Below, piece after piece: positions 1-9,714 of a stretch of DNA of 64,000 nucleotides. The stretch covers positions 416,001 through 480,000 of the forward strand of contig CAXXTB010000002.1 in NCBI GenBank assembly GCA_963676795.2, written 5' to 3'. A program made the translations under genes and the position numbers. The notes under the pieces are model-generated. The model was given only the letters and a program-made list of their open reading frames with translations. It made no database searches and was not told the DNA's origin. The DNA is from Geopsychrobacteraceae bacterium (GTDB taxonomy: Bacteria; Desulfobacterota; Desulfuromonadia; Desulfuromonadales; Geopsychrobacteraceae). Each line of letters starts with the position of its first letter. Position 1 is the stretch's first letter.

Positions 1-744
1 GGTCACAGTCATGTCCTGGCCCTTTCCTCGACGCGGATCAAGGCCTACGATCCGGCCTTCGCCTTTGAGCTGGCGCTGATCGTTCAGGACGGGCTGCGGC
101 GCATGTACTGTCACCAGGAAGACCTGATCTACTACCTGACCGTGGGGAACGAAACCTACCGGATGCCGCCGATGCCGGATGAGCCGGGCGTCAGGGAAGG
201 GGTGCTCAAAGGGATGTACCGCTTCAAACGGGCCGCCGGTGAAGAAAAGCCCAGGGCCCACCTGCTTGGCAGCGGCTCTATCCTCAACGAAGTGCTCAAG
301 GCTCAGGAAATCCTGGCCCGCGATTACTCCGTGGCCGCCGATGTCTGGAGCGTGACCAGCTACAAGGAACTCTATCAGGACGCGGTGGAGACAGAGCGCT
401 GGAATCTCCTCCACCCACAGGACGCGGCGAAGACTTCCTACCTGCAGGATCTGCTGGCGAATGAAGAGGGGATCTTCGTTGCCGCGTCGGACTACATGAA
501 GGTTCTGCCGGCACTGATCGCCAAGTGGTTGCCCGGGCCGATCCATTGCCTTGGCACCGATGGCTTCGGACGCAGTGAAAGCCGTGAGCGGTTGCGTGAC
601 TTCTTTGAGGTTGATGCGCGCCATATCGTCTTGGCGACCCTGGTGGAACTGGCCAAAAAAGGGGATGTCGACACCAAACTGGTCTCAAAGGCTATGGCCG
701 ATCTGAAGATCAAGCCTGACAAACTCAACCCCTATCACGATTGA
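1..744 (+). CDS. aceE: Pyruvate dehydrogenase E1, homodimeric type (C-terminal part; truncated by window start)
   Basis: Frame is open from base 1 (GHSHVLA...YDPAFAFELALIVQDGLRRMY); contains LLGSGSIL, WSVTSY and LGTDGFGRSE motifs; followed by E2 and E3 genes. Confidence 0.95.
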   Translation, partial: GHSHVLALSSTRIKAYDPAFAFELALIVQDGLRRMYCHQEDLIYYLTVGNETYRMPPMPDEPGVREGVLKGMYRFKRAAGEEKPRAHLLGSGSILNEVLKAQEILARDYSVAADVWSVTSYKELYQDAVETERWNLLHPQDAAKTSYLQDLLANEEGIFVAASDYMKVLPALIAKWLPGPIHCLGTDGFGRSESRERLRDFFEVDARHIVLATLVELAKKGDVDTKLVSKAMADLKIKPDKLNPYHD

Positions 745-753
745 GGATAGCTT

Positions 754-2091
754 ATGTCTCTGGAAGTTGTTGTTCCTGAAGTTTCTGATGGCGTGAAATC
801 GGGTACCGTCATTTCCGTCGCTGTCGCTGTGGGTGATAGTGTTGAAGAGGATCAGACCCTCCTTGAACTTGAAACCGACAAGGCGGTAGTGGCTATTCCC
901 TCTCCGGCCGCCGGCAAGGTTCTGGAAATCCGCGTTGCTGAAGGCGATACCGCCAAGGTCGGGTCGGTCATCGCCGTGCTCGAGGCCGCCGGGGCATCCG
1001 CCGCTGGTGAAAAGCCGGCGGCCGCAGCTGCGTCAGAGCCTGCCCCTGACGCAGCTGCCGAGCCAGAACGAGCAGAACCGGCCGAGCCTGTAACGACCCC
1101 GGTTGCTGCCGCTCCGGCAGCACTGTCTGCACCACTCGATCTGACCCGGATCCGGCGTGACAACCAGGTCGCACCGGCTGCCCCCGTGGTCAGGCGTATC
1201 GCCCGTGATCTGGGTGTCGATATCTATCAGGTGCAGGGGAGCGGGCCGGGCGGCCGGATCAGTGAGCAGGACGTGCGCAGTTTTGTCCGTGAAACCATGA
1301 CACGACTGAGAGGGGGGCAGCCGCAGGTTGCCGCATCCGAGTTCCGTGGCCTGCATGCCCAGCGCCCCTTGCCCGATTTTTCCCGCTGGGGTGAGGTTGA
1401 GCGTGAGACGCTGAGCCGGGTCCGCGAGATCACCGCTGACGCCATGGCATACGCCTGGTCAACAGTGCCGATGGTCACCCAGTATGACCGGGTCGATGTC
1501 GGAGCGCTGCAGCGTTTCCGCCAGCAGTACAACGCCAAGGCCGCCAAAGAGGACAAGTTGACCATGACGGCGATTCTGCTCAAGGTCTGTGCTGCCGCCC
1601 TGCAGCTCTTTCCGCAGTTCAACAGTAGCCTGGATATGGCCGCCAAAGAGCTGGTACTGAAGAAATATGTCCACATCGGCGTGGCGGTCGATACCCCGAA
1701 CGGTCTGCTGGTTCCGGTTCTGCGCGATGTCGACCGGAAGGGGATTGCGACCCTGGCAACCGAGCTCAATGAGGTCGCGGTCAGGACCCGCGAGCGCAGG
1801 ATCTCCCCGGCCGATCTGGAAGGAGGCTGTTTCACCATCAGTAACTTAGGCGGCATCGGTGGCACCTCTTTTACGCCGATTGTCTATGCCCCGCAGGTCG
1901 CGATTCTCGGTGTCTCGCGCTCGGAGACCGTGGCCTGCTGGGATGATGCACACAAGCAGTTTCTCCCCAAAGATGAGATGCCGCTCAGCCTGACCTACGA
2001 TCACCGGGTCATCGACGGGGCAGACGGAGCGCGCTTCTTGCGCTGGATCTGTGAAGCACTGGAAAATCCGCTGAATCTGGTTATGAAATGA
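754..2091 (+). CDS. aceF: Dihydrolipoamide acetyltransferase E2
   Basis: Lipoyl motif LETDKA, Ala/Pro linker, E3-binding domain (APVVRRIARDLGVD...GSGPGGRI), catalytic DHRVIDG. Confidence 0.95.
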   Translation: MSLEVVVPEVSDGVKSGTVISVAVAVGDSVEEDQTLLELETDKAVVAIPSPAAGKVLEIRVAEGDTAKVGSVIAVLEAAGASAAGEKPAAAAASEPAPDAAAEPERAEPAEPVTTPVAAAPAALSAPLDLTRIRRDNQVAPAAPVVRRIARDLGVDIYQVQGSGPGGRISEQDVRSFVRETMTRLRGGQPQVAASEFRGLHAQRPLPDFSRWGEVERETLSRVREITADAMAYAWSTVPMVTQYDRVDVGALQRFRQQYNAKAAKEDKLTMTAILLKVCAAALQLFPQFNSSLDMAAKELVLKKYVHIGVAVDTPNGLLVPVLRDVDRKGIATLATELNEVAVRTRERRISPADLEGGCFTISNLGGIGGTSFTPIVYAPQVAILGVSRSETVACWDDAHKQFLPKDEMPLSLTYDHRVIDGADGARFLRWICEALENPLNLVMK

Positions 2092-2103
2092 TGGGAGAGA
2101 ATT

Positions 2104-3831
2104 ATGGCTATTGATGTTGTTGTTCCGGAAGTTTCTGACGGTGTAAAGTCAGGAACCGTCATTTCTGTTGCCGTTGCCATTGGTGATCTGGTCGAGGAGG
2201 ACCAGACCCTGCTGGAACTGGAGACGGATAAAGCGGTGGTCGCCATTCCTTCGCCGCAGGCCGGCAAGGTGGTCGAGATCCTTGTCGCTGAAGGAGATAC
2301 GGCCAAGATCGGTGCGGTTATTGCCCGGCTTGAGGGGGTGGCCGGCGCTACCACTGCCCCAGAGGTTTCGCAGCAAGTCGCGGCTGAAGAGGCAGAACCG
2401 GGAGTGGCGAAAACTGAGCCCGTTGCAGCCGCTCCAATCGATGCCAGTCAGTATGATAGCGAAATGGTCGTCATCGGCGCCGGCCCCGGGGGGTACGCGG
2501 CAGCCTTTAAGGCGGCTGAGCTGGGTATGAAGGTGACCCTGGTCGATCCGGAAGCGAACCCGGGCGGCGTCTGTCTGCATCGCGGCTGTATCCCGTCGAA
2601 GGCTCTGCTGCATGTCTCCAAGCTGGTCAACGAAGCGGAGGAATCGGCCGAAATCGGTGTCACATTCGCCACGCCGCAGATCGATGTCGACCGCGTCCGC
2701 GCCTGGAAGAATGAAGTCATCGGCAAGCTGACCTCAGGCTTGGGCGGCAAGGTTCAGAAGATGAAGGTCGATTACATACGCGGTCTGGCCAAATTCAAGG
2801 ATAATCACACCCTGTGCGTTTCCTCCGTCGATGGTGAAGAGCGGGAGCTGAGCTTTGCCCAGGCGATCATCGCCACCGGTTCGCGCCCCAACATGATCCC
2901 GGGCTTATCGGTCAGTGAAAAGATCATCGATTCGACCGGTGCTCTGGAGCTTGCCGACGTCCCGGCTAAACTTCTGGTCATCGGCGGCGGTTACATCGGC
3001 CTGGAACTCGGCAGTGCCTACGCCGGCATGGGGAGCGAGGTCACGGTTGTCGAGATGACCGACGGCCTGCTGCCCGGCTGTGACCGGGATCTGGTCTCAG
3101 TGCTCAAGCGCAGGCTCGACAAGAAGTTTGCCGATATTCTGACCAAAACCAAGGTCGCAAAACTGGATGAAACGAATGACGGGGTTGATGTCACTTTCGA
3201 AGATGCCAAGGGGGGGCAGACGATCAGGCAGTTTGACAAGGTGCTGATTTCCATCGGCAGGCGACCCAATACGGAAAACATCGGCCTGGAAAATACCCGG
3301 GTCGAGGTCAACAAGCGCGGTTTTGTCGTGGTTGACGGTCAGCAGCGCACCGCTGAAAGCCATATCTTCGCCATCGGCGATATTGCTGGTGACCCGATGC
3401 TCGCCCACAAGGCTTACGGCGAAGCCAATGTCGCGGCCGAAGTTGCCGCCGGACGCAAGGCGGTTTTTGAGCCGCGGGCGATCCCGGCCGTGGTCTTCAC
3501 CGATCCGGAAGTCGCCTGGTGCGGTCTGACGGAAACCCAGGCGCGCGAGCAGAAGATCAAGGTCAAGACGGCCAAGATGCCCTGGCGCGGTAACGGCCGG
3601 ACCCTGACCCTGGGGCGTGAAGACGGCATGACCAAACTGATCGTCGATCCGGAAACCGATCGCCTGCTCGGGGCGGCGGTTGCCGGTCCCGGTGCCGGTG
3701 AGCTGATCGCCGAACTGGTCGTTGCCATGGAGATGGCCGCCGTCTCGGAAGACCTGCGTCATTCCATCCATCCGCATCCGACCCTCTCCGAAACCATCTA
3801 CGAAGCGGCTGAGATGCTGTTTAAGCCTTGA
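2104..3831 (+). CDS. lpdA: Dihydrolipoamide dehydrogenase E3 with N-terminal lipoyl domain
   Basis: GAGPGG FAD motif, GGVCLHRGCIPSK redox disulfide, HPHPTLSE; N-terminal LETDKA lipoyl domain. Confidence 0.96.
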   Translation: MAIDVVVPEVSDGVKSGTVISVAVAIGDLVEEDQTLLELETDKAVVAIPSPQAGKVVEILVAEGDTAKIGAVIARLEGVAGATTAPEVSQQVAAEEAEPGVAKTEPVAAAPIDASQYDSEMVVIGAGPGGYAAAFKAAELGMKVTLVDPEANPGGVCLHRGCIPSKALLHVSKLVNEAEESAEIGVTFATPQIDVDRVRAWKNEVIGKLTSGLGGKVQKMKVDYIRGLAKFKDNHTLCVSSVDGEERELSFAQAIIATGSRPNMIPGLSVSEKIIDSTGALELADVPAKLLVIGGGYIGLELGSAYAGMGSEVTVVEMTDGLLPGCDRDLVSVLKRRLDKKFADILTKTKVAKLDETNDGVDVTFEDAKGGQTIRQFDKVLISIGRRPNTENIGLENTRVEVNKRGFVVVDGQQRTAESHIFAIGDIAGDPMLAHKAYGEANVAAEVAAGRKAVFEPRAIPAVVFTDPEVAWCGLTETQAREQKIKVKTAKMPWRGNGRTLTLGREDGMTKLIVDPETDRLLGAAVAGPGAGELIAELVVAMEMAAVSEDLRHSIHPHPTLSETIYEAAEMLFKP

Positions 3832-3979
3832 GCTGACAGACTCTGTTTCTCCTTTAGCCATAATTCGGTTCTGCCCGTTTGAGGAGCCTGCTCCTCATCG
3901 GGCGCCTTCCGTTGTGCTGGTGTGAACCGTTACTGGATGGCATGAGCGGCTTACGCCATTGTTTTCAAAGAGTTTCCTT

Positions 3980-5920
3980 GATAGCGCCGGCACAAGCCGG
4001 CATGGATTAGGAGGTGAAAGTCCTCTACGTGGTAAAGGCTAGCGACCAGCCATGACCCCGAGTCATGCGTCGGCAGCCCGTAAGGGTTGCGGCGAAGCGT
4101 TGACAGGGGGCGTGCAGGCCAGGCTATTGAGCTCCGAAATCATCCAATCCGGGTTGCCGACCTTGTAAGGAAATGGGGAAGGCCGCACGGTACGTCGCGA
4201 CATCGCAAGTGACGATACCGGACCCGCGGAGTCAGAGACCCAGGGCATGTACGCAAGATCCATGCGCGGAAGCCGGGAGATCCGGGAATCAACCGACCAC
4301 GATCCGATGGTCGGTTCGGTCGGGAAAGGCACAAGGCCGAACGCCCGACATGCACGAGCCCCGGAAGTCGGACGAAGGAATAGTATCGATGAAGCGGACG
4401 AACAAAGGAAGACAACCAGAAGCATCAGGTGAACGACCGGCGGAGTTCGTGGAGAAAAGTCCTTCGGCCAAGGGAAATCCCGTTCAGACGACCGTGACCG
4501 AAACACAGGGTTCGGAAGCAGCGACGAATGGACTGGACCGGATACGAGAAGCAGCGAAGCGGGACAAGACCCGGCGATTCACCAATCTGCTGCACCATAT
4601 TACTGAAGATCTGCTCGACGCTGCCTACCACAAGCTCAACCCCAAGGCCGCTGAGGGCATAGACGAAGTGACATGGCAGGAGTACGGCGAAGGGCTGCAA
4701 GAGCGCCTGACCGTACTTCGTGATCAAATCCATAGGGGAAGCTATCGCACCAAGCCGAGTAGACGGATTTGGATACCGAAACGGGACGGGAAGAATCGTC
4801 CCATCGGGATAGCCGCCCTGGAAGACAAGATCGTCCAGCAAGCACTGGCAGAAATCCTCCAACCGATCTACGAAGAGGATTTTCTCGGTTTCAGTTACGG
4901 GGCACGCCCCGGACGAAGTCAACACAACGCCCTGGATGCCATCTATGTTGCGATCATGCGGCGCAAGGTGAACTGGGTTCTGGATGCGGATCTTCAAGGG
5001 TTCTACGACAGTCTCAATCACGACTGGTTGATGAAGTTTGTGGAGCATCGCATCGCCGACAAAAGAGTTCTCCGGCTAATCCGCAAATTTCTGCGAGCCG
5101 GAGTCTCCGAAGACGGCAAGTGGTCCAAAACAGAGGTGGGGACACCTCAGGGAGCAGTCATCTCGCCACTGTTGGCGAATATATATCTGCACTATGTTCT
5201 GGACCTGTGGGTGAATCAATGGCGGAAACGCCAGGCACACGGCGAAGTCTACATCGTACGATACTGCGACGACTTCGTTATGGGATTCCAATACCTATCC
5301 CACGCACGGATGTTTCAGATCGAACTCAGACAGCGATTGGCTGAGTTTGGGTTGACGTTACATCCGGAGAAAACCCGACTCATCGAATTTGGTCGTTTTG
5401 CCGCCAAAAGCCGCAAGGATCGAGGCAAGGGCAAACCAGAAACCTTCGATTTTCTCGGATTTACTCACATGTGTGGGAGGAGACGAAAAGACGGAAAGTT
5501 CATAGTGCAACGCAAAACCATCAGGACGCGGCTACGCGATAAGATCAAAGACGTTCGTACCGTCCTGAAGCGCAAGCGACATCGTCCGATGGCAGAACAG
5601 GGCAGCTGGTTGCGCTGGGTCATCCAGGGCCACTTCAATTACTACGGAGTTCCTGGCAACCACAGAGTACTGAATACGTTTCGTCAACAGATCATACGTG
5701 CCTGGTTGCAGGCACTACGCAGCCGCAGCCAGAGAGGACGCAGTTTAACGTGGCGGCGTATGCGGGTCTGGATAGATCGATGGATACCCCGGGCAAGAGT
5801 GTGTCACCCATACCCGAATCAACGCCTCTGCGTCTGACCTGAGGCAGGAGCCCGGTGCGGTAATTCCGCACGCCGGGATCTGTGCGGGGGGCGCCGGGTA
5901 ACCGGCGTTCCTACCGTAAC
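3980..5920 (+). mobile_element. Group II intron (IIB-like, bacterial class E-like), about 1941 nt
   Basis: Domain V gagcccggtgcggtaattccgcacgccgggatc; domain VI with bulged A 8 nt from terminal AAC (5920); EBS1 loop aaggaaa (4167-4173) complementary to tttcctt (3973-3979); RT ORF inside; 5' end uncertain by about 1-2 nt. Confidence 0.9.
4350..5837 (+). CDS. ltrA: Group II intron reverse transcriptase/maturase, no endonuclease domain
   Basis: RPIGIAALEDKIVQ, FSYGARPGRSQHNA, GTPQGAVISPLLANIYL, RYCDD, FDFLGF, maturase X domain GHFNYY. Start placed at MHEPRKSD; the ORF track extends to 4173 through intron RNA domains. Confidence 0.93.
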   Translation: MHEPRKSDEGIVSMKRTNKGRQPEASGERPAEFVEKSPSAKGNPVQTTVTETQGSEAATNGLDRIREAAKRDKTRRFTNLLHHITEDLLDAAYHKLNPKAAEGIDEVTWQEYGEGLQERLTVLRDQIHRGSYRTKPSRRIWIPKRDGKNRPIGIAALEDKIVQQALAEILQPIYEEDFLGFSYGARPGRSQHNALDAIYVAIMRRKVNWVLDADLQGFYDSLNHDWLMKFVEHRIADKRVLRLIRKFLRAGVSEDGKWSKTEVGTPQGAVISPLLANIYLHYVLDLWVNQWRKRQAHGEVYIVRYCDDFVMGFQYLSHARMFQIELRQRLAEFGLTLHPEKTRLIEFGRFAAKSRKDRGKGKPETFDFLGFTHMCGRRRKDGKFIVQRKTIRTRLRDKIKDVRTVLKRKRHRPMAEQGSWLRWVIQGHFNYYGVPGNHRVLNTFRQQIIRAWLQALRSRSQRGRSLTWRRMRVWIDRWIPRARVCHPYPNQRLCV

Positions 5921-6276
5921 TGCACTCTTTTCTTTGCGACCAAAGAAAAGGGTGTCGCTTGCCGGCGCGAGAACCGGCGGTTCTGATTCTCATGTCTGGT
6001 TATGGTGTTTTTTAAGATCAAAACCACGGGGTCGCGGCCCCGTACGCCGCCTGACTTTTTGGCCAGAGCCCCAAAAAGTCAGCAAAAATGGCTCTTTAAT
6101 ATGTCGTTTTCCTGCTTTCATTTCTGCGTAGGTTCACACCAGCTACTGACAGCGCGCCCTACGATGAGCTTCGCTCCTCTAATGGGCAGAACCGATGATG
6201 AAAACCAGTTGAGACAATCCCGTTGGGGGAATCTGGGGCGAACAGGGCTGACGCTGATGCGCCAGCCCTATTGTTG

Positions 6277-8274
6277 TTAATGGCCCCAGGAGTCTTTCCC
6301 CCGCCGCGGAGCGGCAGGTAGCTGTTGCTGTACTCTGGCTGGCTGCGAGCGTTGAGTCCCCAAGGTGAAGTGGGAGAGCATGTGCTTAAGGTGCTCGGCC
6401 TGACTGGACAGTTCCTCGGCAGCCGCTGCCGACTCCTCGGCGGTCGCCGTGTTTTGTTGCACAGCCTGATCGATCTGCCCCAGCCCCTGGTTGATCTGGC
6501 TGATACCGTTGGCCTGTTCGCTGTTGGCAATGGCGATGTCCTTGACGATCTCGGTGACTTTGCTGATCCGGCTGACGATATTCTCGAAGGCTCCCGCCGT
6601 CTGTTCAGCAATTTCCGTTCCCCGAGCGGTTTTTTCGACCGAATTGTTGATCAATGCCGAGGTCTCGCTGGCCGCTTTGGCACTGCGTGCTGCCAGGTTG
6701 CGCACCTCTTCGGCAACCACCGCGAAGCCCTTGCCGTGCTGCCCGGCGCGGGCGGCCTCGACGGCGGCATTGAGAGCCAGCAGGTTGGTCTGGAAGGCGA
6801 TCTCATCGATGACCTTGATAATTTTGCTGATACTCTGGCTGGCATCGTTGATCTCTGCCATGGCATCGATCATGGTGCTCATCTGGTCGCTGCCGTCACG
6901 GGCATCTTTGTTGGCGGCTTCGGCGAGATCCCGGGCCTGGTTGGCGTTTTCAGAGCTGGTCGTCGCCTGGGAGGCGATCTCGTTGATTGAGCTGCTGATT
7001 TCTTCCAGTGAGGCTGCGCTTTGTGTCGTTCCCTGCGACAACGACTGGCTGGAGGCTGAAACCTGGTCGCTGGCGTCGTTGATCTGATGGCCGGCCGACT
7101 GGATCTGGGTCACGATGCTGGTCAGATCCACCTGGAGTTTGTTCATGGTGCCGCGAATCTTGTCACGTTCATCCCGCGGAATCGTCTTGAAGTCAAGATT
7201 GCCATCGGCCAGTTTCTGCAGGTTCTCGACCAGCTCCTGCTGCAGGTTGTCGGCAAATCTGTTCATGGTTGCTGCCATCTCGCCGATTTCGTCAGAACGA
7301 TCCAGTTTAAGCCGGATATCGAGGTGGCCGTTTTCCAGTTCTTTGATCATGCCGACGGTCTGGGTGACAGGGCGGGCGATGCTGCGGCCGATCAGCAAGG
7401 CGATAAAGACACTGATGACAATAAAGATGATCACCAATACCGCCATCATGTAGTTGAGTGTTGTCAGAGAGGCATAGATCTCCATTTTCGGGCTGATGGC
7501 GATCAGGTACCAGTCGGTTTCGGCAATGGCGGAGTAGGCAAAAATCAGATCCTTGTTTTCGAAATTGACTTCTGTGATCCCTGCCTTGCTGTTAGCGGCG
7601 GCAGAGAAAGCCGTGCCCATGGAGCCGGGGAGTTTCTGGCCGACCAGGTCGGCAGTGGGATGAACGACAACCGATCCATCCTTGTGAATCAGTGCAGCGT
7701 AGCCGCTCTCGCCGATTTTGGTGTTGAGTACGGTTTCAACGATGAAGGTCAACGGGATATCGGCACTGACCGCGGCAATTTTCTGCCCGCCTTTTAAAAC
7801 AGGTGCCGCGAACGAGATGACGGTCTTGCCGGTATTGGCGTCAACATAGGGCTTGGTCAGGATCGCTTTGCCCCCTTCGTTGCTGGCCTGATACCATGGG
7901 CGGACCCTCGGATCATAGTTTGCCGGCGGCACCCAGCCGCTCGAATCGAGGAAGCTGCCGTCGGCCTGAAAGCCGACATAGGCTTCAATGAAGGAGCCTC
8001 CGTTGGAGATCACGGTTAACTGCCGGAGTATTTCCTCCTCCTGCTGCCGGTCGAGTTTGGCGAGTTCGCCGGCCAGTGAGACCAGCATATCTTTGCGGGC
8101 GGCTACCCACTGGTCGAATGTCCCGGCCATCTGGGTCACCAGCTCCTGGTGGCGCCCCTCAATCTGATCCGTCATCATCTTGCTCGCATTCAGGTTGACG
8201 AGGAGTGAGAAGATGAGGAGGGAAATTAAGAATGTACCGCCTGTCATCAGGATAATCTTGTTCTTCAGCTTCAT
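6277..8274 (-). CDS. Methyl-accepting chemotaxis protein (dCache-HAMP-MCP signalling domain)
   Basis: Two TM helices, YDPRVRPWY Cache motif, [34 protein letters not shown]. Confidence 0.95.
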   Translation of the reverse strand: MKLKNKIILMTGGTFLISLLIFSLLVNLNASKMMTDQIEGRHQELVTQMAGTFDQWVAARKDMLVSLAGELAKLDRQQEEEILRQLTVISNGGSFIEAYVGFQADGSFLDSSGWVPPANYDPRVRPWYQASNEGGKAILTKPYVDANTGKTVISFAAPVLKGGQKIAAVSADIPLTFIVETVLNTKIGESGYAALIHKDGSVVVHPTADLVGQKLPGSMGTAFSAAANSKAGITEVNFENKDLIFAYSAIAETDWYLIAISPKMEIYASLTTLNYMMAVLVIIFIVISVFIALLIGRSIARPVTQTVGMIKELENGHLDIRLKLDRSDEIGEMAATMNRFADNLQQELVENLQKLADGNLDFKTIPRDERDKIRGTMNKLQVDLTSIVTQIQSAGHQINDASDQVSASSQSLSQGTTQSAASLEEISSSINEIASQATTSSENANQARDLAEAANKDARDGSDQMSTMIDAMAEINDASQSISKIIKVIDEIAFQTNLLALNAAVEAARAGQHGKGFAVVAEEVRNLAARSAKAASETSALINNSVEKTARGTEIAEQTAGAFENIVSRISKVTEIVKDIAIANSEQANGISQINQGLGQIDQAVQQNTATAEESAAAAEELSSQAEHLKHMLSHFTLGTQRSQPARVQQQLPAAPRRGKDSWGH

Positions 8275-8544
8275 GGCAGTTCTCTCCCCTTTATAGATAG
8301 GTCGTGTTTTGAATAATCGAGGTATATGAGTAATTTTATAGAGATGTTGGCCAGTTACAAGTAGTAGGCGAGTATTTTGCGAGACAAGTCCCGAAGGTAA
8401 AGTGCGGGGCTCTGTGTTTAAAGCAAATGATTCAGGGTGACTAGTCTGTTCATCATTAAAAGGCTGAGCGCGATTTTATTTGAAGCTGAAGGATTTGATA
8501 TACTGTCTAGAACTGTTTCGGATGCTTTTCTGAAAGGTCATAAA

Positions 8545-9705
8545 ATGAAAACACCTGTCATGCTTGTTTGCATTCTGCTGGTTTTTTCTGCGTTCTTTCT
8601 CGTGTCGTGCGGCGGTGGTTCCGGAAGTAGTTCTTCGACTGGAGAGGGGACCTTGGCTCTGTCTTTGACCGATAGTACGACGGAGGAGTACAGGGCTGTT
8701 TACGTGACGATTGACAGTGTCGAGGTGCGCAGCGGCGAAGATGACGACTGGCAGGTTGTTGCCACGCCCGCTGCGACCTACAACCTGCTGGAACTGGTCA
8801 ACGGCGTTCTTGAGCCTCTGGGGCTGGATTCTCTTCCGGCTGGAGCCTACGGGCAGGTTCGGCTGATGATCGGCGTTGCAGCGGACTCCGGTATGAATAT
8901 CCTTGGCGAAGATCATCCTTTTGCCAATTATGTTGTGACCCAGTCGGATGATGTTCATGAGCTCAAGGTTCCCAGTGGCTATCAGACTGGACTTAAAATC
9001 GTCAAAGGTTTCACTATCAATGAGAACCAGACCACCGAATTGATTCTCGACTTTGATGCGGCAAGCTCGGTCGTCAAGGCGGGGGCGAGCGGTAACTATC
9101 TGCTCAAGCCGACGATCAAGATCCTGTCGACGGTTGAATATGCCCGGGCCGAAGGAACGGTGAGCGATCCCGCGACAATACCGGCCTCATTGCTGGAAGG
9201 GGCTTTTGTATCAGCGCAAACGACAACCCCTGACGCCGCAGATGCCTTTGACCAGGTGAGCCTTGCTGCAGGGACCGTTACGGACACTGGTGGCGGCTAT
9301 TCTTTGTTTCTCGATCCCGGTGCCTATAATGTTGTCGCGACAAAGAGCGGTTATATGCCTGCTTGTACGTCTCTTGAGCTGTTGTCCGGAGATCTGGCAA
9401 CCTTGGACTTCAGCCTTTCCAAGATCGATCCAGGCTCCCTGATCGACGTCTCCGGCAGTCTGGCAATGGCTGAGGCGCCAAGCGATGCTTCGGCCTCGGT
9501 CCATGTCCGCCAGCAACTGGATTGCGGTGAAAGTTCTCCCTTTGTCGTTGTCAAGGCCTTCGCGCTGGGAGATGCCGGGGGGTATGAGCTGTCACTTGCG
9601 GCGGGAACCTATCAGTTTATCGTTGCCGCTGACGGATATGAAACGGCGACCTACGATGTCGTTGTTGGGACAGAGGCGATAACCCAGGACCTGTCGTTGC
9701 AGTAA
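8545..9705 (+). CDS. DUF4382-like lipoprotein with carboxypeptidase-regulatory-like beta domains
   Basis: Lipobox FLVS-C followed by Gly/Ser linker; LSLTD, LKVPSGYQTGLK, LILDFDA, YLLKPTI motifs. Confidence 0.75.
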   Translation: MKTPVMLVCILLVFSAFFLVSCGGGSGSSSSTGEGTLALSLTDSTTEEYRAVYVTIDSVEVRSGEDDDWQVVATPAATYNLLELVNGVLEPLGLDSLPAGAYGQVRLMIGVAADSGMNILGEDHPFANYVVTQSDDVHELKVPSGYQTGLKIVKGFTINENQTTELILDFDAASSVVKAGASGNYLLKPTIKILSTVEYARAEGTVSDPATIPASLLEGAFVSAQTTTPDAADAFDQVSLAAGTVTDTGGGYSLFLDPGAYNVVATKSGYMPACTSLELLSGDLATLDFSLSKIDPGSLIDVSGSLAMAEAPSDASASVHVRQQLDCGESSPFVVVKAFALGDAGGYELSLAAGTYQFIVAADGYETATYDVVVGTEAITQDLSLQ

Positions 9706-9714
9706 GTATTGCGG

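Larger units (their letters stand above)
3865..6195. repeat. Non-coding MITE/REPIN-like element of two inverted arms; left arm interrupted by the group II intron
   Basis: 12-bp perfect terminal inverted repeat tcggttctgccc (3865-3876)/gggcagaaccga (6184-6195), extendable to about 23 bp; arms share gctggtgtgaacc (3916-3928 vs 6131-6143 reverse), aaagag-N7-tgc and two hairpins. Confidence 0.75.

Noticed and set aside
3911..3979. Alternative intron 5' end at GTTGTG/GTGCTG (3911-3914), implying a ~70-nt 5' extension
   Set aside because: 3865-3979 aligns with the uninterrupted repeat arm at 6195-6084 (shared gctggtgtgaacc and aaagag), and the perfect IBS1 ends at 3979, so this stretch is exon
4173..4349. 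N-terminal extension of the RT ORF in the ORF track
   Set aside because: Overlaps structured intron RNA domains including the EBS1 stem-loop; the recognisable protein starts at MHEPRKSD or later
4063..6280. Short ORFs in intron RNA and repeat arms (4063-4506, 5934-6131, 6002-6280), also 48390-48620
   Set aside because: Translations of structured non-coding sequence with no RBS or protein motifs
8300..8345. Possible sigma28 promoter for the MCP (TAAA...CTCGATTA, minus strand)
   Set aside because: Spacing and -10 match too poor to support
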